A DNA stretch of 64,000 nucleotides, from positions 19,592,001 through 19,656,000 of the forward strand of contig CM075989.1 in NCBI GenBank assembly GCA_038087875.1. Direction: 5' to 3'. The translations under genes were made by a program, and so were the position numbers. Under the pieces are notes generated by a model that was not told the DNA's origin, did no database searches, and was given only the letters and a program-made list of their open reading frames with translations. The DNA comes from Malacoraja senta (Eukaryota). Below, piece by piece: positions 11,766 to 23,735 of the stretch (positions within the stretch are counted from its first letter, which is position 1; the number at the start of each line of letters is the position of its first letter).

Positions 11766-12556
11766 AATAAATAAAACAGATACGTAATCTTCAAATTGAA
11801 TGCACAGCCCTGCTTTGCACAGCAGTGATTTGGGGATGTCAAGGGGAAGGATTATCTCCAGGTACACTTGTTCCCCTGTTTGGGAGTTTGATCCATTTAA
11901 AGGGCAGCACAGTGGCCAACCGTAGGAAGGTCTGAAAACCATGACCACCAGGTTCAAGAACAGCTCCTTCCCAACAACCATCAGGCTCTTGAACACTACT
12001 CAACTACGAACTTCTGTGGACTGTCTTTGGTTGCACTGAGGACTTTGGGTGCACTGGTATTGTGGTTATTAATTTATTGAATTTGTTGGTATCATCTCTG
12101 CTTATCATGTATCGCGCTTACAGGCCTGTTATATTACAGCAAGTAGGAATTCTGTTGCTTTGTTGTTGCTAGCTATGGTAATTAAACACTTTTGATCCAT
12201 GAGTACATTAAAGGGTTAAATAACGCCAGTGACCATGGAGAATACCTGGATGAAGGGGAGTTCATGAAAGCAGATATATTTTTCTGCTACACATTGATAA
12301 CATATTGATGATGTACAACTGGGCCATCTTCTAACAATTGCCTCTAGCTTTCACCATGTTCCATGCCAATGGTCTATCTTCCCATGGCAGTTCGTTGAAG
12401 GTGTGCTCTAAGGATTTGCCACTCTATTTACCCCTCAGACGCCATCTGCCTTAAGTTCATATGCGCATGCCTGCACTAAATTCGGCAAGGACACTAAATT
12501 CTTCTAAACCATTCCTCAGAATCTACACAACTTCACCATGAATAAAGTTACTATAC

Positions 12557-12785
12557 CAGCCGGGTTACATCCTGAACACGGGTGCTGTCTGTGCGGAGTT
12601 TGCACGTTCTCCCAGTGACTGCATGGGTTTTCTCTGGATTCTCCAGCTTCCTCCCACATTCCAAAGACGTGCAGACTTGTGGGTTAATTGGCTTCTGTAA
12701 ATTGTCCCTACTTTGTAGGATAGAACTAGCATATGGGTGATCGCTGGTTGGCGCGGACTCAAAGGGCCAAAGCACCCGTTTCCAA
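12557..12785 (+). mobile_element. HE1-like V-SINE (5'-truncated)
   Basis: V-domain and tail. Confidence 0.8.
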
Positions 12786-13844
12786 AAGCTGCTACCACAA
12801 TTTCTGGTAAATAAAATAGGTTGTATTAATGGAAAACATATGTTTAGGGATTAAAACACCCAATATATCATAGAGTCAGTTACCATTCGTAGACACAAAA
12901 TGCTGGAGTAACTCAGAGGGCGAGGCAGCATCTCTGGATAGAAGGAATGGGCGATGTTATCATTTGTTCATGTGGGTTAACCATGTCGAGCTATTTAAAA
13001 TAGAAGATTTCATGCTGTAACATTGCTTCAAAACAGTTGAAAATGGCAAGTATATCTGTTTCATGCTCATAAAGATGAAGTTGTTGAGGCCGCATTTGGA
13101 GTATGGTGTTCAGTTTTGGTCAAAGCTGCTGTAGGAAAATGTCAGTAAGCTGGAGAGAGAGCAGAGAAGATTTCCAGCGAGGGGAATAGAGCTGATGAAG
13201 GTTTACCTTTGACCTCAATGCAGATGACCCCTGTTAGACAAGACCGCGGATTGGCTTGAGACCCTTGCACCAGCAGGTCTGCATCACCATGGTTACATGA
13301 GAGACGTCGAGGCATTAAACAGTTGATCGCTGATCCACAAAAGGTTGTGGGTTAAAACAAAACACAAACTTTCGTATTGTAGAGCTATGTGTAAATAATA
13401 ATTAGCAATGATGGGAACATTACCCACCCCAGTGCTGGGGGGAAAAAAACATACATGTTTTGCAAAGATAGAATTAGCTAGCATTACTACTTAAAGTGCC
13501 GGCGTGTCCAACCTCTCCCCATAGCTCAGGCCCTCGAGTCCTGGCAACATCCTCAAAAATCTTCTCCGCACTCCTTCCAGCTTAATACCATCTTTCCTAC
13601 AGCTGGGTGACCAGTAATGAACACAACATTCAAGTGCAGCCTCACCAATGTCTTGTACAACAAAGTGATGTCAAATGTTGAAAGGTCATTAACCTGATGT
13701 CTGAAGCCTATTGTTCTCTCCACAGATGCTGCCTAATCCCCTGAGACTTTCCTGCAAGTCCTGTTCCTGCATTCAGCAGAGGGACCAGAAAGTTTCAAAA
13801 TATTACAAATGTATTCGGAAGAGTGGTATTGCTCAAATGCTTTT

Positions 13845-14110
13845 GAGGAAGGGTCCCGACCAGAAATGTCACCTATCCACGTTCACCAGGGATGCTGCCT
13901 GACCCGTTGAGTTACTCCAGCACTTTTTCTACTTTAAAGATAGGCAGAAAATGCTGGAATAAATCAGTGGTTCAGGCAACATCTCCGGAGAGAAGGAATG
14001 GGTGACGTTTTGGGTCTGGAGAAGGGTCTCGACCCAAAACGTCACCCATTCCTTCTCTCCAGAGATGCTGCTTGACCCGCTGAGTTACTCCAGCATTTAG
14101 TGTCTACCTG
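13845..14110. mobile_element. Penelope-derived short elements with hammerhead-like cores
   Basis: GAAGGGTC..GACC.AAACGTCACC motif and GATGCTGC..GACCCGCTGAGTTACTCCAGCA arms. Confidence 0.75.
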
Positions 14111-14140
14111 CCATTTAGTTTAGTTTAGAGATACAGTGTG

Positions 14141-15218
14141 GATTTTGGATGATCAGCCATGATCATTTTGAATGGTGTGTTTCTATGTTTCTATAACTAC
14201 TCTTTGGATTCAACATCATGGTTCTTTAGCTAATTACCTTAAATTTGTGTCCTCTGAAAAACAGTTTCTCCTTGAAACCTTATCTGGCGCCTATTTTTGC
14301 TTTCAAGAGAGAGCTAGATAGGGCTCTTAAAAATAGCGGAGTCAGGGGATATGGGGAGAAGGCAGGAACGGGGTACTGATTGGGGATGATCAGCCATGAT
14401 CATATTGAATGGCGGTGCTGGCTCGAAGGGCCGAATGGCCTACTCCTGCACCTATTTTCTATTGTCTATTGAAACAAGCGCTTTCGCCCACCGAGTCCCC
14501 ACTGATTAGTGATTACCCGTATACTGGTTCTATCCTACACATCAATCAATGGATTATTCTATTTCTACTTCTAGTTCCGACCATCAATCACCCGTGCACT
14601 AGTTCTATCCTGCACACTCGGGACAATTTACAGAAGCCAATTATCCTACAGTCACGGGAAGAACATACAAGCACCATCTCCGAACGCGTGTCCCTGACGC
14701 TGTAAGGCAGCAACTTTACCGTAACAACACAGTGCCGCCCCATTGTGCACAGTTCAGCTCGCCCCATTACAGGAAGGATGTGGAAGCATTGTAGGGGGTG
14801 CGGAGGTGGTTTACCAGAATGCCTTCTGGATTAGAAAGTATTAGCTACAAGGAGAGGTTGGACAAACTTGGATTGTTTTCTCAGGAACGTCGGAAGCTGG
14901 TAGAAATACCCAGAGAGTTGTGAATCTGTGGAATTCTCTGCCACAGAAGGCAGTGGAGGCCAATTACCTGGATGTTTTCAAGAGAGAGTTAGATTTAGCT
15001 CTTAGGGCTAACGGAATCAAGGGATGTGGGGAGAAAGCAGGAACGGGGTACTGATTTTGGATGATCAGCCATGATCATATTGAATGGGGGTGTTTCTATG
15101 TTTCTATAACTACTCTCTGGGTTCAACATCATGGTTCTTTAGCTAATTACCTTAAATTTGTGTCCTCTGAAAACCAGTTTCTCCTTGAAACCTTATCTGT
15201 CGCCGATTTTTGCTTTCA
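14141..15218 (+). repeat. Local direct duplication of about 165 bp (14141-14305 and 15053-15218)
   Basis: Both copies carry the CR1 tail plus the same unique flank (AACTACTCT..GG.TTCAACATCATGGTTCTTTAGCTAATTACC...TTTGCTTTCA). Confidence 0.85.
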
Positions 15219-15669
15219 TTGCTACATTTAATCTCAATTCAATTCCAATCGCAAATGAATTGTTTAAGCCTGGGTTTTGAGATGGCTTAAAGAAAAAGTC
15301 CTAAATGCTTCAATCAGCCATTGAAATGCAGTTTTTTAAAGATTCATCTACATCTCAAACAGGATGTGATCAAACCATTGCTTTGTTTTCATTGTCAAAA
15401 ATATGTCAGCACTAACGATGAACAAACATACACGCCAGAACATGAAATAATGAGGTTAACTTTTTTGTGGTGTCATTATGTTCATAAGTAGAGCCAGGAT
15501 GTTTAGGCGCTAAAAATCCCTGAAATAGGCAGTCAAAAAGGCATAATAAAATTACAAAAAAGGCACGAAAAGGCATTTATTGACAAAAAAGGCATAAGGC
15601 ATTTATTTCCACCACCAAAATATGGTCAAAAATGATAATTATAAAGGTATACTACATTAAATGACCAAA

Positions 15670-16938
15670 GTTGCCTGGTTGCACATAACTACCAGCATTT
15701 TTTCAAATTATCTGGTGTTAAACTATGCCGTCTGTCAGACAGAATATGCTACAGTTGTGAAAAACTTCTTTCTACCCCAGCTGAGGTCACTGGTGCATAC
15801 CTGAAACAAGCTACAAACTCTACAGATGGCGCAATGGGCTAAGTGTTCGGCTGGCAACCGGAAGGTAGCCGGTTCGAATCCCGCTTGGAGTGCATACTGT
15901 CGTTGTGTCCTTGGGCAAGACACTTCACCCACCTTTGCCTGCGTGCGAATGTGTGTGAGTGTGTGTGAGTGATTGGTGGTGGTCGGAGGGGCCGCAGGCG
16001 CAGATTAGCAGCCACGCTTCCGTCAGTCTGCCCCAGGGCAGCTGTGGCTACAGAAGTAGCTCACCACCACCGAGTGTGACTGAGGAGTGAATGAATAATG
16101 CGATGTAAAGCGCCTTGAGTATTAGAAAGGCGCTATATAAATCCCATCCATTATTATTACATTCATGTCGATATCATGTGCATTACAACTACCTTTGAGA
16201 ACTTTAGCTATGTTTTGTATTTCTTCAAGATCTTTGTTAGCTAAAATCACCCTCTCACATTTTCCTTGTATGTGTTTACCTACATCGCCAAGAACTTTAA
16301 GTACAAAGTACAGCAGGTGAAGATGTAAACAACTGAGCATTAGTTGAGCTCTTTGACTTCTCCAATACTTCCGATGTCAAGAAATACTCCTTTGATGGTT
16401 GACCTGCCTCCAGTGTACCAATGACCACATTGGCAACAAATCTCCCCACAGCATCAGTTATCTCGTCTATTGAGATTCATATTTTGTTGCATGCAACATC
16501 ATCTCTAATTTTCTGCACAACAATGTTGAAGTTGCTGTCAACATAATTTTTCCATAATGATGACTTGCTTGGTATATGTTCCTCTGTGTATTTCCCCAAA
16601 AAACATCTGAGAGATTTGTTTTCCAATTTCCACAGTGGAATTCCAGCATCAATGAATGCATTTCACAGATCACTCGAAAACTCAGATTTCCGATTGGAGC
16701 CAGCAGTAAATGTTGTGAGGAGACAAGCTTACGTATTTCCTACCTTCAGTTTCTCTGCCGCCAACTTGTGTTTAGCTGTCTGTACATGCATCGAGATGAA
16801 ATATTTTTTCTCATGATTCACTGCTTTCCCACATGCATTGCAAAACAGCACACAGTTGTCTGTAGAGAATATATCACTCCCGTACACTCTCACCAAATCG
16901 TTCAGTTTTTTACAAGGCGTTGACTTGACTTTAGACAT
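15670..16938 (-). pseudogene. hAT transposase pseudogene (CGGBP1-like zinc finger, DDE domain, dimerisation domain)
   Basis: MSKVK...FSTDNCVLFCNACGKAV...HVQTAKH; KI*ISIDEITDAVGRFVANVVIGTL; FRYAPVTSAGVERSFSQL*HILSDRRHSLTPDNLKK; in-frame stops, a deletion near 16305 and a SINE insertion. Confidence 0.9.
15825..16157 (+). mobile_element. AFC-like tRNA/CORE SINE with L2-type tail, inserted in the hAT
   Basis: Box A/B (TGGCGCAATGG, GGTTCGAATCCC), GTGTCCTTGGGCAAGACACTT core, TGTAAAGCGCC...AAGGCGCTATATAAAT(..ATT)n tail; TACA TSD restores the transposase frame (DMNV|EFVAC). Confidence 0.85.
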
Positions 16939-16949
16939 TTTGATGCTTG

Positions 16950-17222
16950 CAGGATCCTACAGGAGCGGGGATGCAGACCTCTCCAGGCAGGCCAAGTACA
17001 AGCTAAGAAGAGGAATCAGAGCTGCCAAGGAAAGGTACTCTGAGAAGTTGAGGAGCAAGTTCGCAGCAAATGACTCTTCTTCAGTGTGGAAGGGCTTGCA
17101 AGAAATCACAAGCTACAAGAGGAAAATCCCCCGCTCCTTGGACAATCGTCAGCTAACCAACAACCTGAATGAGTTCTACTGCAGTTTCGATAAACAGAAA
17201 CTTAACCCTGGTAACCCCAACT
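16950..17222 (+). mobile_element. Rex1/Babar LINE internal fragment
   Basis: YRSGDADLSRQAKYKLRRGIRAAKERYSEKL...SVWKGLQEITSYK...NLNEFYCSFD. Confidence 0.85.
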
Positions 17223-17254
17223 AACACCAGCACTTTATGTTTTGGTCTTTATTG

Positions 17255-17570
17255 TGGGGAGGATGTTTCCACTAGTGGGAAAGTCTAGGACTAGAGGCCA
17301 TTGCCTCAGAATTAAAGGACGTTCTTTTAGGAAGGAGATGAGGAGACATTTCTTTAGTCAGAGGGTGGTGAATCTGTGGAATTCTTTGCCACAGAAGGCT
17401 GTGGGGGCCAAGTCAGTGGATATTTTTAAGGCAGAGATAGCTAGATTCTTGATTAGTACCGGTGTCAGGTGGAAGGCAGGAGAATGGGATTAGGAGGTAG
17501 AGATAGATCAGCCATGATTGAATGGCAGAGTAGACTTGAAGGGCTGAATGGCATAATTCTACTCCTAATG
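17255..17570 (+). mobile_element. CR1 LINE 3' end
   Basis: RMFPLVGKSRTRGH...FFSQRVVNLWNSLPQKAV. Confidence 0.9.
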
Positions 17571-18806
17571 ACCTTTTGACCTTAATACTACTTTCTATTT
17601 CGCTGCTTTTCATAAGTGTATTAGGTTACTGTCACGTGGACCAAGGTACTGTGAAAAGCTTTTTAGTTGCAGAAAGACTATACACTATTATAATCAAGCT
17701 GTCCACAGTGTACAGATACATGATAAACGGAATAACATTTAATGCAAGATAAAGTCCAGTAAAGTCCAATTAAAGATAGTCCGAGTGTCTCCAATGAGGT
17801 TGATAGAACCAGAAATGAATGCAACTCCTGGTTGAAGCTTTTTTAAGTTGGTAAATGTGATGGAGATGTTATTTGTCCACCATGCGCTAAGAAAAACCTT
17901 GCAGAACCAAAACTAAAGGCTGAGAAAAAAACCATCCTATTCATAACATTCACAGTTCATAGCTCATAACAAAAAAAGGCATCTTCTTCTCATCTGAAAG
18001 TGGGTCTGCTTTCCCCATTAGCCCTTAATCACTCATTAGCAGATATTTGTCAATGTTGCACTACAGTTCCTACTCTTCTGAACTAGTCTCTCTTATTCAT
18101 CCCCAGCTCAAACCCGTTAATAACAGCATTCTTGTTTATGGTGGTGCACTCTGTCCAAATACATCCTTTCATCTTCGCGATGTATGCTCGAATCGAGCCC
18201 ACAGTAATAAGATGAAAGTCTCATCTGTGTCAGCTGAAAACGTACTAAGTGAAATGAGGTCCCAGTGCGCACAAAACTATGATACAAAAAATAGCACCCG
18301 CTAATTAAGATTAAATTGGCAATCCCAGTCAGAAAGTCGTCAAAGACAACTGATGCAGGATGTGGTAATGAAAGCAAGGGACTTACAAACTTCCAGCAAT
18401 CTGGAGCAATCAGTCTCTTTTCCAGTAGGCTTTTTATTAATCGCACAGCCTCTTGTACAGATACTTCAGTACACCACACACACTCAAACCGTGTCACATT
18501 AAGCCTCAGGACTTTACTGCTCATTGGCCAGTCAATTAAGCCACTCACCTGCTTTGTATCTTTGTTGAAAGGGTGTTTTTTCTTTACTTGTCCGAAATTG
18601 GAGTGAAGCCATTACTTTACATAGAGTAAAGATTTCAGCTTCACCGGAGTCTGTGTTTGGCCTCGTATTTGGATAATGCAAAGAGTCAAGTGCATTTTTT
18701 TATCATACCGTCCCAGATAGAACAATGACATTCTTACTTGCAGCAGTGCAACAGAACGTGTAAACATAGTACATCTTCTTCTTATCAAGTCCACACACAA
18801 GATTAG

Positions 18807-18898
18807 AGAAGAAGGGTTTCGGCCCGAAACGTTGCCTATTTCCTTCGCTCCATAGATGCTGCTGCACCTGCAGAGTTTCTCCAGCATTTTTGTGTACC
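18807..18898 (+). mobile_element. Penelope-derived fragment nested in family B element
   Basis: GAAGAAGGGTTTCGGCCCGAAACGTT motif; TSD ACAAGATTAGA. Confidence 0.8.
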
Positions 18899-18999
18899 TA
18901 CAAGATTAGAAGTTGTTCAGCCAGAACTGAACACACTTCTCGGCATCTGCATACAATGGTGTCCGTCTCGCGCTTCTTGTGCTTCTTGTGCGTGGTGGT

Positions 19000-19052
19000 G
19001 GAAAGATTGGTGAAAACGGGGGCCGCGACGTGAACGCTCTTTCCTTGACCCC
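19000..19052 (-). ncRNA. Minimal HDV-like ribozyme (predicted)
   Basis: GGGGUC-AA-GGAAAGA-GCG-UUCACGU-CGC-GGCCCC-CGUUUUCA-CCAA-UCUUUCC. Confidence 0.75.
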
Positions 19053-19111
19053 AACATAGTACATGGTAAACAATGTCATAAATGAGAAAACAAAAGCACA
19101 TTGTGTATTAT

Positions 19112-19706
19112 AAGGCTCTGTCTCACGGTGTTGCGGTCATTGGCGGTGAAGCGCGGCGTCGCCGGAAGAGGGGACCGCACGTCAACCGCGAGAGCGCCGA
19201 GCCTATGCCGCGGGAGCGCCGCACGGATGCTGCGCGGGGGCCGAGTGATCTCAGTACGGCCGGTCCCACGAGCTTGCGGTGTTATAGAAATTTGCTATAT
19301 AAAAGACAAGCGGGGCTGTGGCGGCGGTAGTGCTGATCGCGGCGCTGTGGCGGTGACCGTGCCGCACACGTGCCTCACTGGCGGAGGCTGTGGCGGTGTC
19401 CGCGCCGTACTCGTGCCTCACTGGCGGCGGCTGTGGCGGTGAGAGTTCGACTCACGTCGCTCGTGCTGCACTGGCGGCGGCTGTGGCGATGACCGTGCCG
19501 CACTCGTGCCTCACTGGCGGCGGCTGTGCGGTAAGAAATTATTTTTGGACATTGCTGACTTTTTGTGAGCATCGTGCGGTGTTGGGACCAACGCCGCACG
19601 GCCCTGGCGGTGTGCGTTTGACCGAACCCGCGGTCTCTGGCGGTCCACGAGCGGTAGATACTTCCTGTATCACCGCCAATGACCGCAGACTCGTGAGACA
19701 GGCCTT
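19112..19706. mobile_element. PIF/Harbinger-like MITE with internal GC-rich tandem repeats
   Basis: TIRs AAGGCTCTGTCTCACG / CGTGAGACAGGCCTT plus subterminal TGCGGTCATTGGCGGTGA inverted repeat; roughly 40-bp units GGCGGCGGCTGTGGCG..GTGCCTCACT. Confidence 0.75.
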
Positions 19707-19744
19707 TTAGTATTCAGTGTGTATATACACACACACACACATGT

Positions 19745-19965
19745 GATGGTGGGTGTATGGAACGAGCTGCCAGAGGGGGCAGTTGAGACAGGGATTATCG
19801 CAATGTTTAAGAAACAGTTGGACAGGTTCATGGATAGGACAGGTTTGGAGGGATATGGACCAAACACAGGCCGGAGGGACTAGTGTAGATGGAGCATGTT
19901 GGCCGGTGTGGGCAAGTTGGGCCGAAGGGCCTGTTTCCACGCTGTATGACATTATGATTCTATGA
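19745..19965 (+). mobile_element. CR1/HER1-like LINE 3' end
   Basis: VVGVWNELP motif and 3' UTR. Confidence 0.85.
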
Positions 19966-20657
19966 CATACACACACACACACGGATACATACACATAAAA
20001 ACAATTTGGTTTAAACCAGCATCTGTAGTTCTTTCCTAAACAAACAATAAAAGCTGATTGAATAAGAAGTGAGGATTTGCAGCAGGATCTTAATCGGTTG
20101 GGCAGGCAGGTGGATGAATGGTTGAGCAGGTACTATTGCAATGTTTAAGAAACATTTGGACAGTATAGGGATACGATCGGTTTAGAGGGATATGGGCTAA
20201 AAGCAGGCAGGTGGGACAAGTGCATGTTGGTCGGCGTGGGCAAGTTGGGCTGAAGGGTATGTTTCCACACTGTGTGACTCTGGGGCTCTACGACTGATAG
20301 TTTGACACTGGACCTGAATAAGGATAACATGCTTCCAAAATATTTTTAAACAATGAAGAACAGAATATATTTTCGATTTGGGTCGTGGGTCAAACACGAG
20401 CAACTAGTACTGATGTAGTTGTGCATCGTGGTCAGCATGAACGAGCTGGACCGAAGGGCCTGTTTCCATGCTATGTTACTCTATGACAGAAGAAGGTTAC
20501 TGGCCCATAACATGTCCTCCATAGCGCTATCCATGTCCTCCATAGATGCTGCCTGATCCGCTGAGTTACACCAGCACTTTGTGTTATATTTTGCAGTTCC
20601 TTGTGTCCTCATTTTATTATTCTCCACCTTTATTAAATTATTTTCTTAAGCACAAAT

Positions 20658-21245
20658 GGGCAGCACAATGGCATGGGGGTGGATCTGCTGCCACATAGCG
20701 CCAGAGAGCCAGGTTCGAACCTGATTATGCGTGCTGTCTGTGTGGAGTTTGTATGTTCCCCCGTGACCGGGTGCGGTTTCCTCCCACTTTCCACATGCAG
20801 GTTTGTAGAGTAGTGTAAATTGCTGCTAGTGTGTAGGACGTAGAACTAGTGACCGATGGCCAGCACAGACTCGGTGGGCCGAATGGCCTTCTTCTACATT
20901 GGATCTTTAAAACTAAGACTAAAAATAACTAAAAACAATCAACAAATGCTTAATTTAATTTAGCTCAGAGATACAACAGGCCCTTCTGTCCACCAAGTCC
21001 ATGCCGACCCGCGATCACCCGTTTAAACCAGTTCTATCTTACACACTGGGTCAATTTACAGACGCCAATAAACGTACAAACCTGCACGTCTTTGGAGTGT
21101 GGGAGGAAACGGGAGTACCCGGAGAAAGTCCACGCGGTCACAGGGGGAAGGTACAAACTTCGTACAGACAGCACCTATAGTCAAGATTGAGCCCATGTCA
21201 CTGGTGCTACAAGGCAGCAACTCTACTGCTGAGCCACCGTGCCAT
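20658..21245. mobile_element. Two HE1-like V-SINEs tail-to-tail (+ at 20658-20915, - at 20957-21245)
   Basis: SINE consensus on opposite strands. Confidence 0.8.
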
Positions 21246-21359
21246 CCCCACTGTGCTCATATTCCCAAATTTAACATAAAAATAGAATCAATTAATATTT
21301 TCCTCATAAAGAACAATTTGAATAGAGCTATTTACATTAGACATCTTTTATAGGATGAC

Positions 21360-21620
21360 AAGGACGCTCTTTTAGGAAGGAGATGAAGGGAAATTTCTTT
21401 CATCAGAGGGTGGTGAATCTGTGGAATTCTTTGCCACAGAAAGCTGTGGAGGCCAAGTCAGTGGATATTTTTAAAGCAGAGGTACGTAGAAAGATTCTTG
21501 ATTAGTAAGGGTGTCAGAGATTATGGGGAGAAGGCAGGAGAATGGGGTCAGCCATGATTGAATGGCAGAGTAGACTTGATAGGCCGAATGGCCTAATTCT
21601 GCTCCTATTCCTTATGACCT
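21360..21620 (+). mobile_element. CR1 LINE 3' end
   Basis: QRVVNLWNSLPQKAVEA and 3' UTR. Confidence 0.85.
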
Positions 21621-22800
21621 TAGGTCCTTATGACTTTGGGTGAATCTGCATTTTTGCCTTGAACTGTGCCATTGGCAAATGGCTATTCAAATGAACAGGC
21701 GTTTGAAGGATAAACACACAAGAGCTGTCAATTCCCAATGAACACCTACAGTATTACTGCCCATTACTGCCTCATCATAACCAGGCAGCTATAAACAATT
21801 TCCCATGTTAGCGTTGGTATGTGCTTGTGCGTGTGTGAGGGGGGTTTAGAGCTAAAGCTGTCATTTGTTTTGACAAGAGAGGGCGTAATTAAAATAAGTG
21901 TCCCGTGATTAAAATGCATTAAGTGCTGATCTATTGCGGGGCGACGATGGCTTTATGGAGAGCATATGTTGCAAAATTAATTTCATAACCGGCAGCTGAT
22001 ATGATCAATTAGAACCAATTATACACACCATGCTGCAGGAGGAAGGGTGCTTTCGAAAACCCTTGCACACAAGGTGGTAATCTTATTACAAGAACAGTGT
22101 CACACTCCCACTTGGCCCCTGTCACAGCTTCACAAACACTGCCGTATTACGGCCGTTTGCAAATAAGGCTGACAGCTGTTCTTTAGGTCACCTCAGTGTC
22201 AATTAAATACAGTGGCAAAACTGAATAAGTTGAAGCACCAGCAATTGGTTCTTCATAAACAGCGATTCAGAAAATGTACTTTTTTGACAAGATCTTATTC
22301 GTGTCAGGCCTAAAAAAAAATTCCCGGGTATCTGCAAGGTGTTCCTTCACAGAAAGGCGCGAAAGTGATTCAGATTGCAGTGGGTTTTTTTTTTAAACGT
22401 ATCCAGAGCCATCACTATTTTTTTAGATTTTAGCTTTGATTTTTTTCCAAGGAAACAGGACAATAACAAAACAAAAATCTCACACCATCTGCAGTGTAAG
22501 GGTAACTTGTCAGCCGCTCTGTTTTAACAAAAGAACAGCCTTAACAAAGTAGCACAATGCCTTTTCCCTTAAGATTAGAAACAACTCTTCAGATCAAAAG
22601 ATCAAGATTTCTTGATGTTTCAGCAGTCAGCAGAGCTGGGGATTAACATTATCTTCTGGCAGTTCTCATTGTGTACGCTGCATCCGACATTCCACACTTG
22701 TATTCTGAGTTGATACATCATTGAGTCCGGCTCATTGATCAGTCAAGTGCAGCAGTCAAATGGCTCCCTGTCGGACTAAGTGGTCCATATTGTATGGGGC

Positions 22801-22851
22801 TTTGACTTGGCTTAGCGTGGCGTGGCTTGGCTCGGCGTGGCTTGGTTTGAC
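22801..22851. repeat. Degenerate pentamer repeat (TGGCT/TGGCG)n
   Basis: TTGACTTGGCTTAGCGTGGCGTGGCTTGGCTCGGCGTGGCTTGG. Confidence 0.7.
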
Positions 22852-23410
22852 ACGGGCTAACTGGGCAGCTTTGGAGGGACGATTGGGATAGCGGGAGTTG
22901 TGCGGTCAAACAACGGCTCCGCTGATTAGAATCTTGCCCAACAGGCCAGCCTTGTATCGAAGGGTTGGCGAGGGCATTGCTCTTCGCTTGACCTCTTTTT
23001 TTTTTGGCCAGCTGGTTTATCACACTTTAATGGAGAAAGATAATAGGTGAGCGGATGCGTTGACACAAGGACCGGGGGCCTCAGCTGGGGACGGCATGGG
23101 CCAGCCATGAATATCCGCGGTAATCCTCCAACACAGACAATGGATTCATCTTCGAGAGGGATCCCTTTGTCATCGCGCTTTCTTAATCTGACGGAAAACA
23201 CTGTGAAGTTTGACTTCCTTGTCGCTCCCTGCCATCCCGCAGATGGCCTCTTGTACAAGCTGCGGGGAAAGGGATGAGTCTATCAGCTTGAAAGGTGCTC
23301 TCCTTAGGAAAGAAGCGCATGCAGAAACAGCTTGAAACCTTCTGCTGCAAATCACTCAACCTTCCCAGTGCAATAATGTTTCGCTGGTTTAAAGGAAAAA
23401 TTGGGTTTAT

Positions 23411-23735
23411 TAAAATGTTCCCGATGTTGGGGGAGTCCAGAACCAGGGGTCACAGCTTAAGAAAAAGGGGTAGGCCATTTAGGACTGAGATGAGGAAAAA
23501 TCATTTTCACCCAGAGAGTTATGAATCTGTGGAATTCTCTGCCACGGAAGGCAGTGGAGGCCAATTCACTGGATGTTTTCAAGAAAGATTTAAATATAGC
23601 ACTTAGGGTTAAAGGGATATGGGGAGAAAGCAGGAACGGGGTACTGATTTTGGATGATCAGCCATGATCATATCGAATGGCGGTGCTGGCTCAAAGGGCC
23701 TAATGGCCTACTCTTGCACCTATTTTCTATGTTTC
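23411..23735 (+). mobile_element. CR1 LINE 3' end
   Basis: MFPMLGESRTRGHSLR...; tail TTTCTATGTTTCTA. Confidence 0.9.

Larger units (their letters stand above)
15489..16945 (-). mobile_element. Decayed hAT DNA transposon with CGGBP1-like transposase (internally deleted)
   Basis: Terminus TAGAGCCAGGAT with AAAAGGCA subterminal repeats; transposase remnant on the minus strand. Confidence 0.85.
18775..19052 (-). mobile_element. Short non-autonomous retroposon with 5' HDV-like ribozyme (family B, copy 1)
   Basis: 12-bp TSD AACATAGTACAT; (AAG)n tail; interrupted by a Penelope-derived piece. Confidence 0.85.

Noticed and set aside
19300-19530. CRISPR-like array
   Set aside because: Tandem degenerate units without unique spacers, inside a eukaryotic MITE
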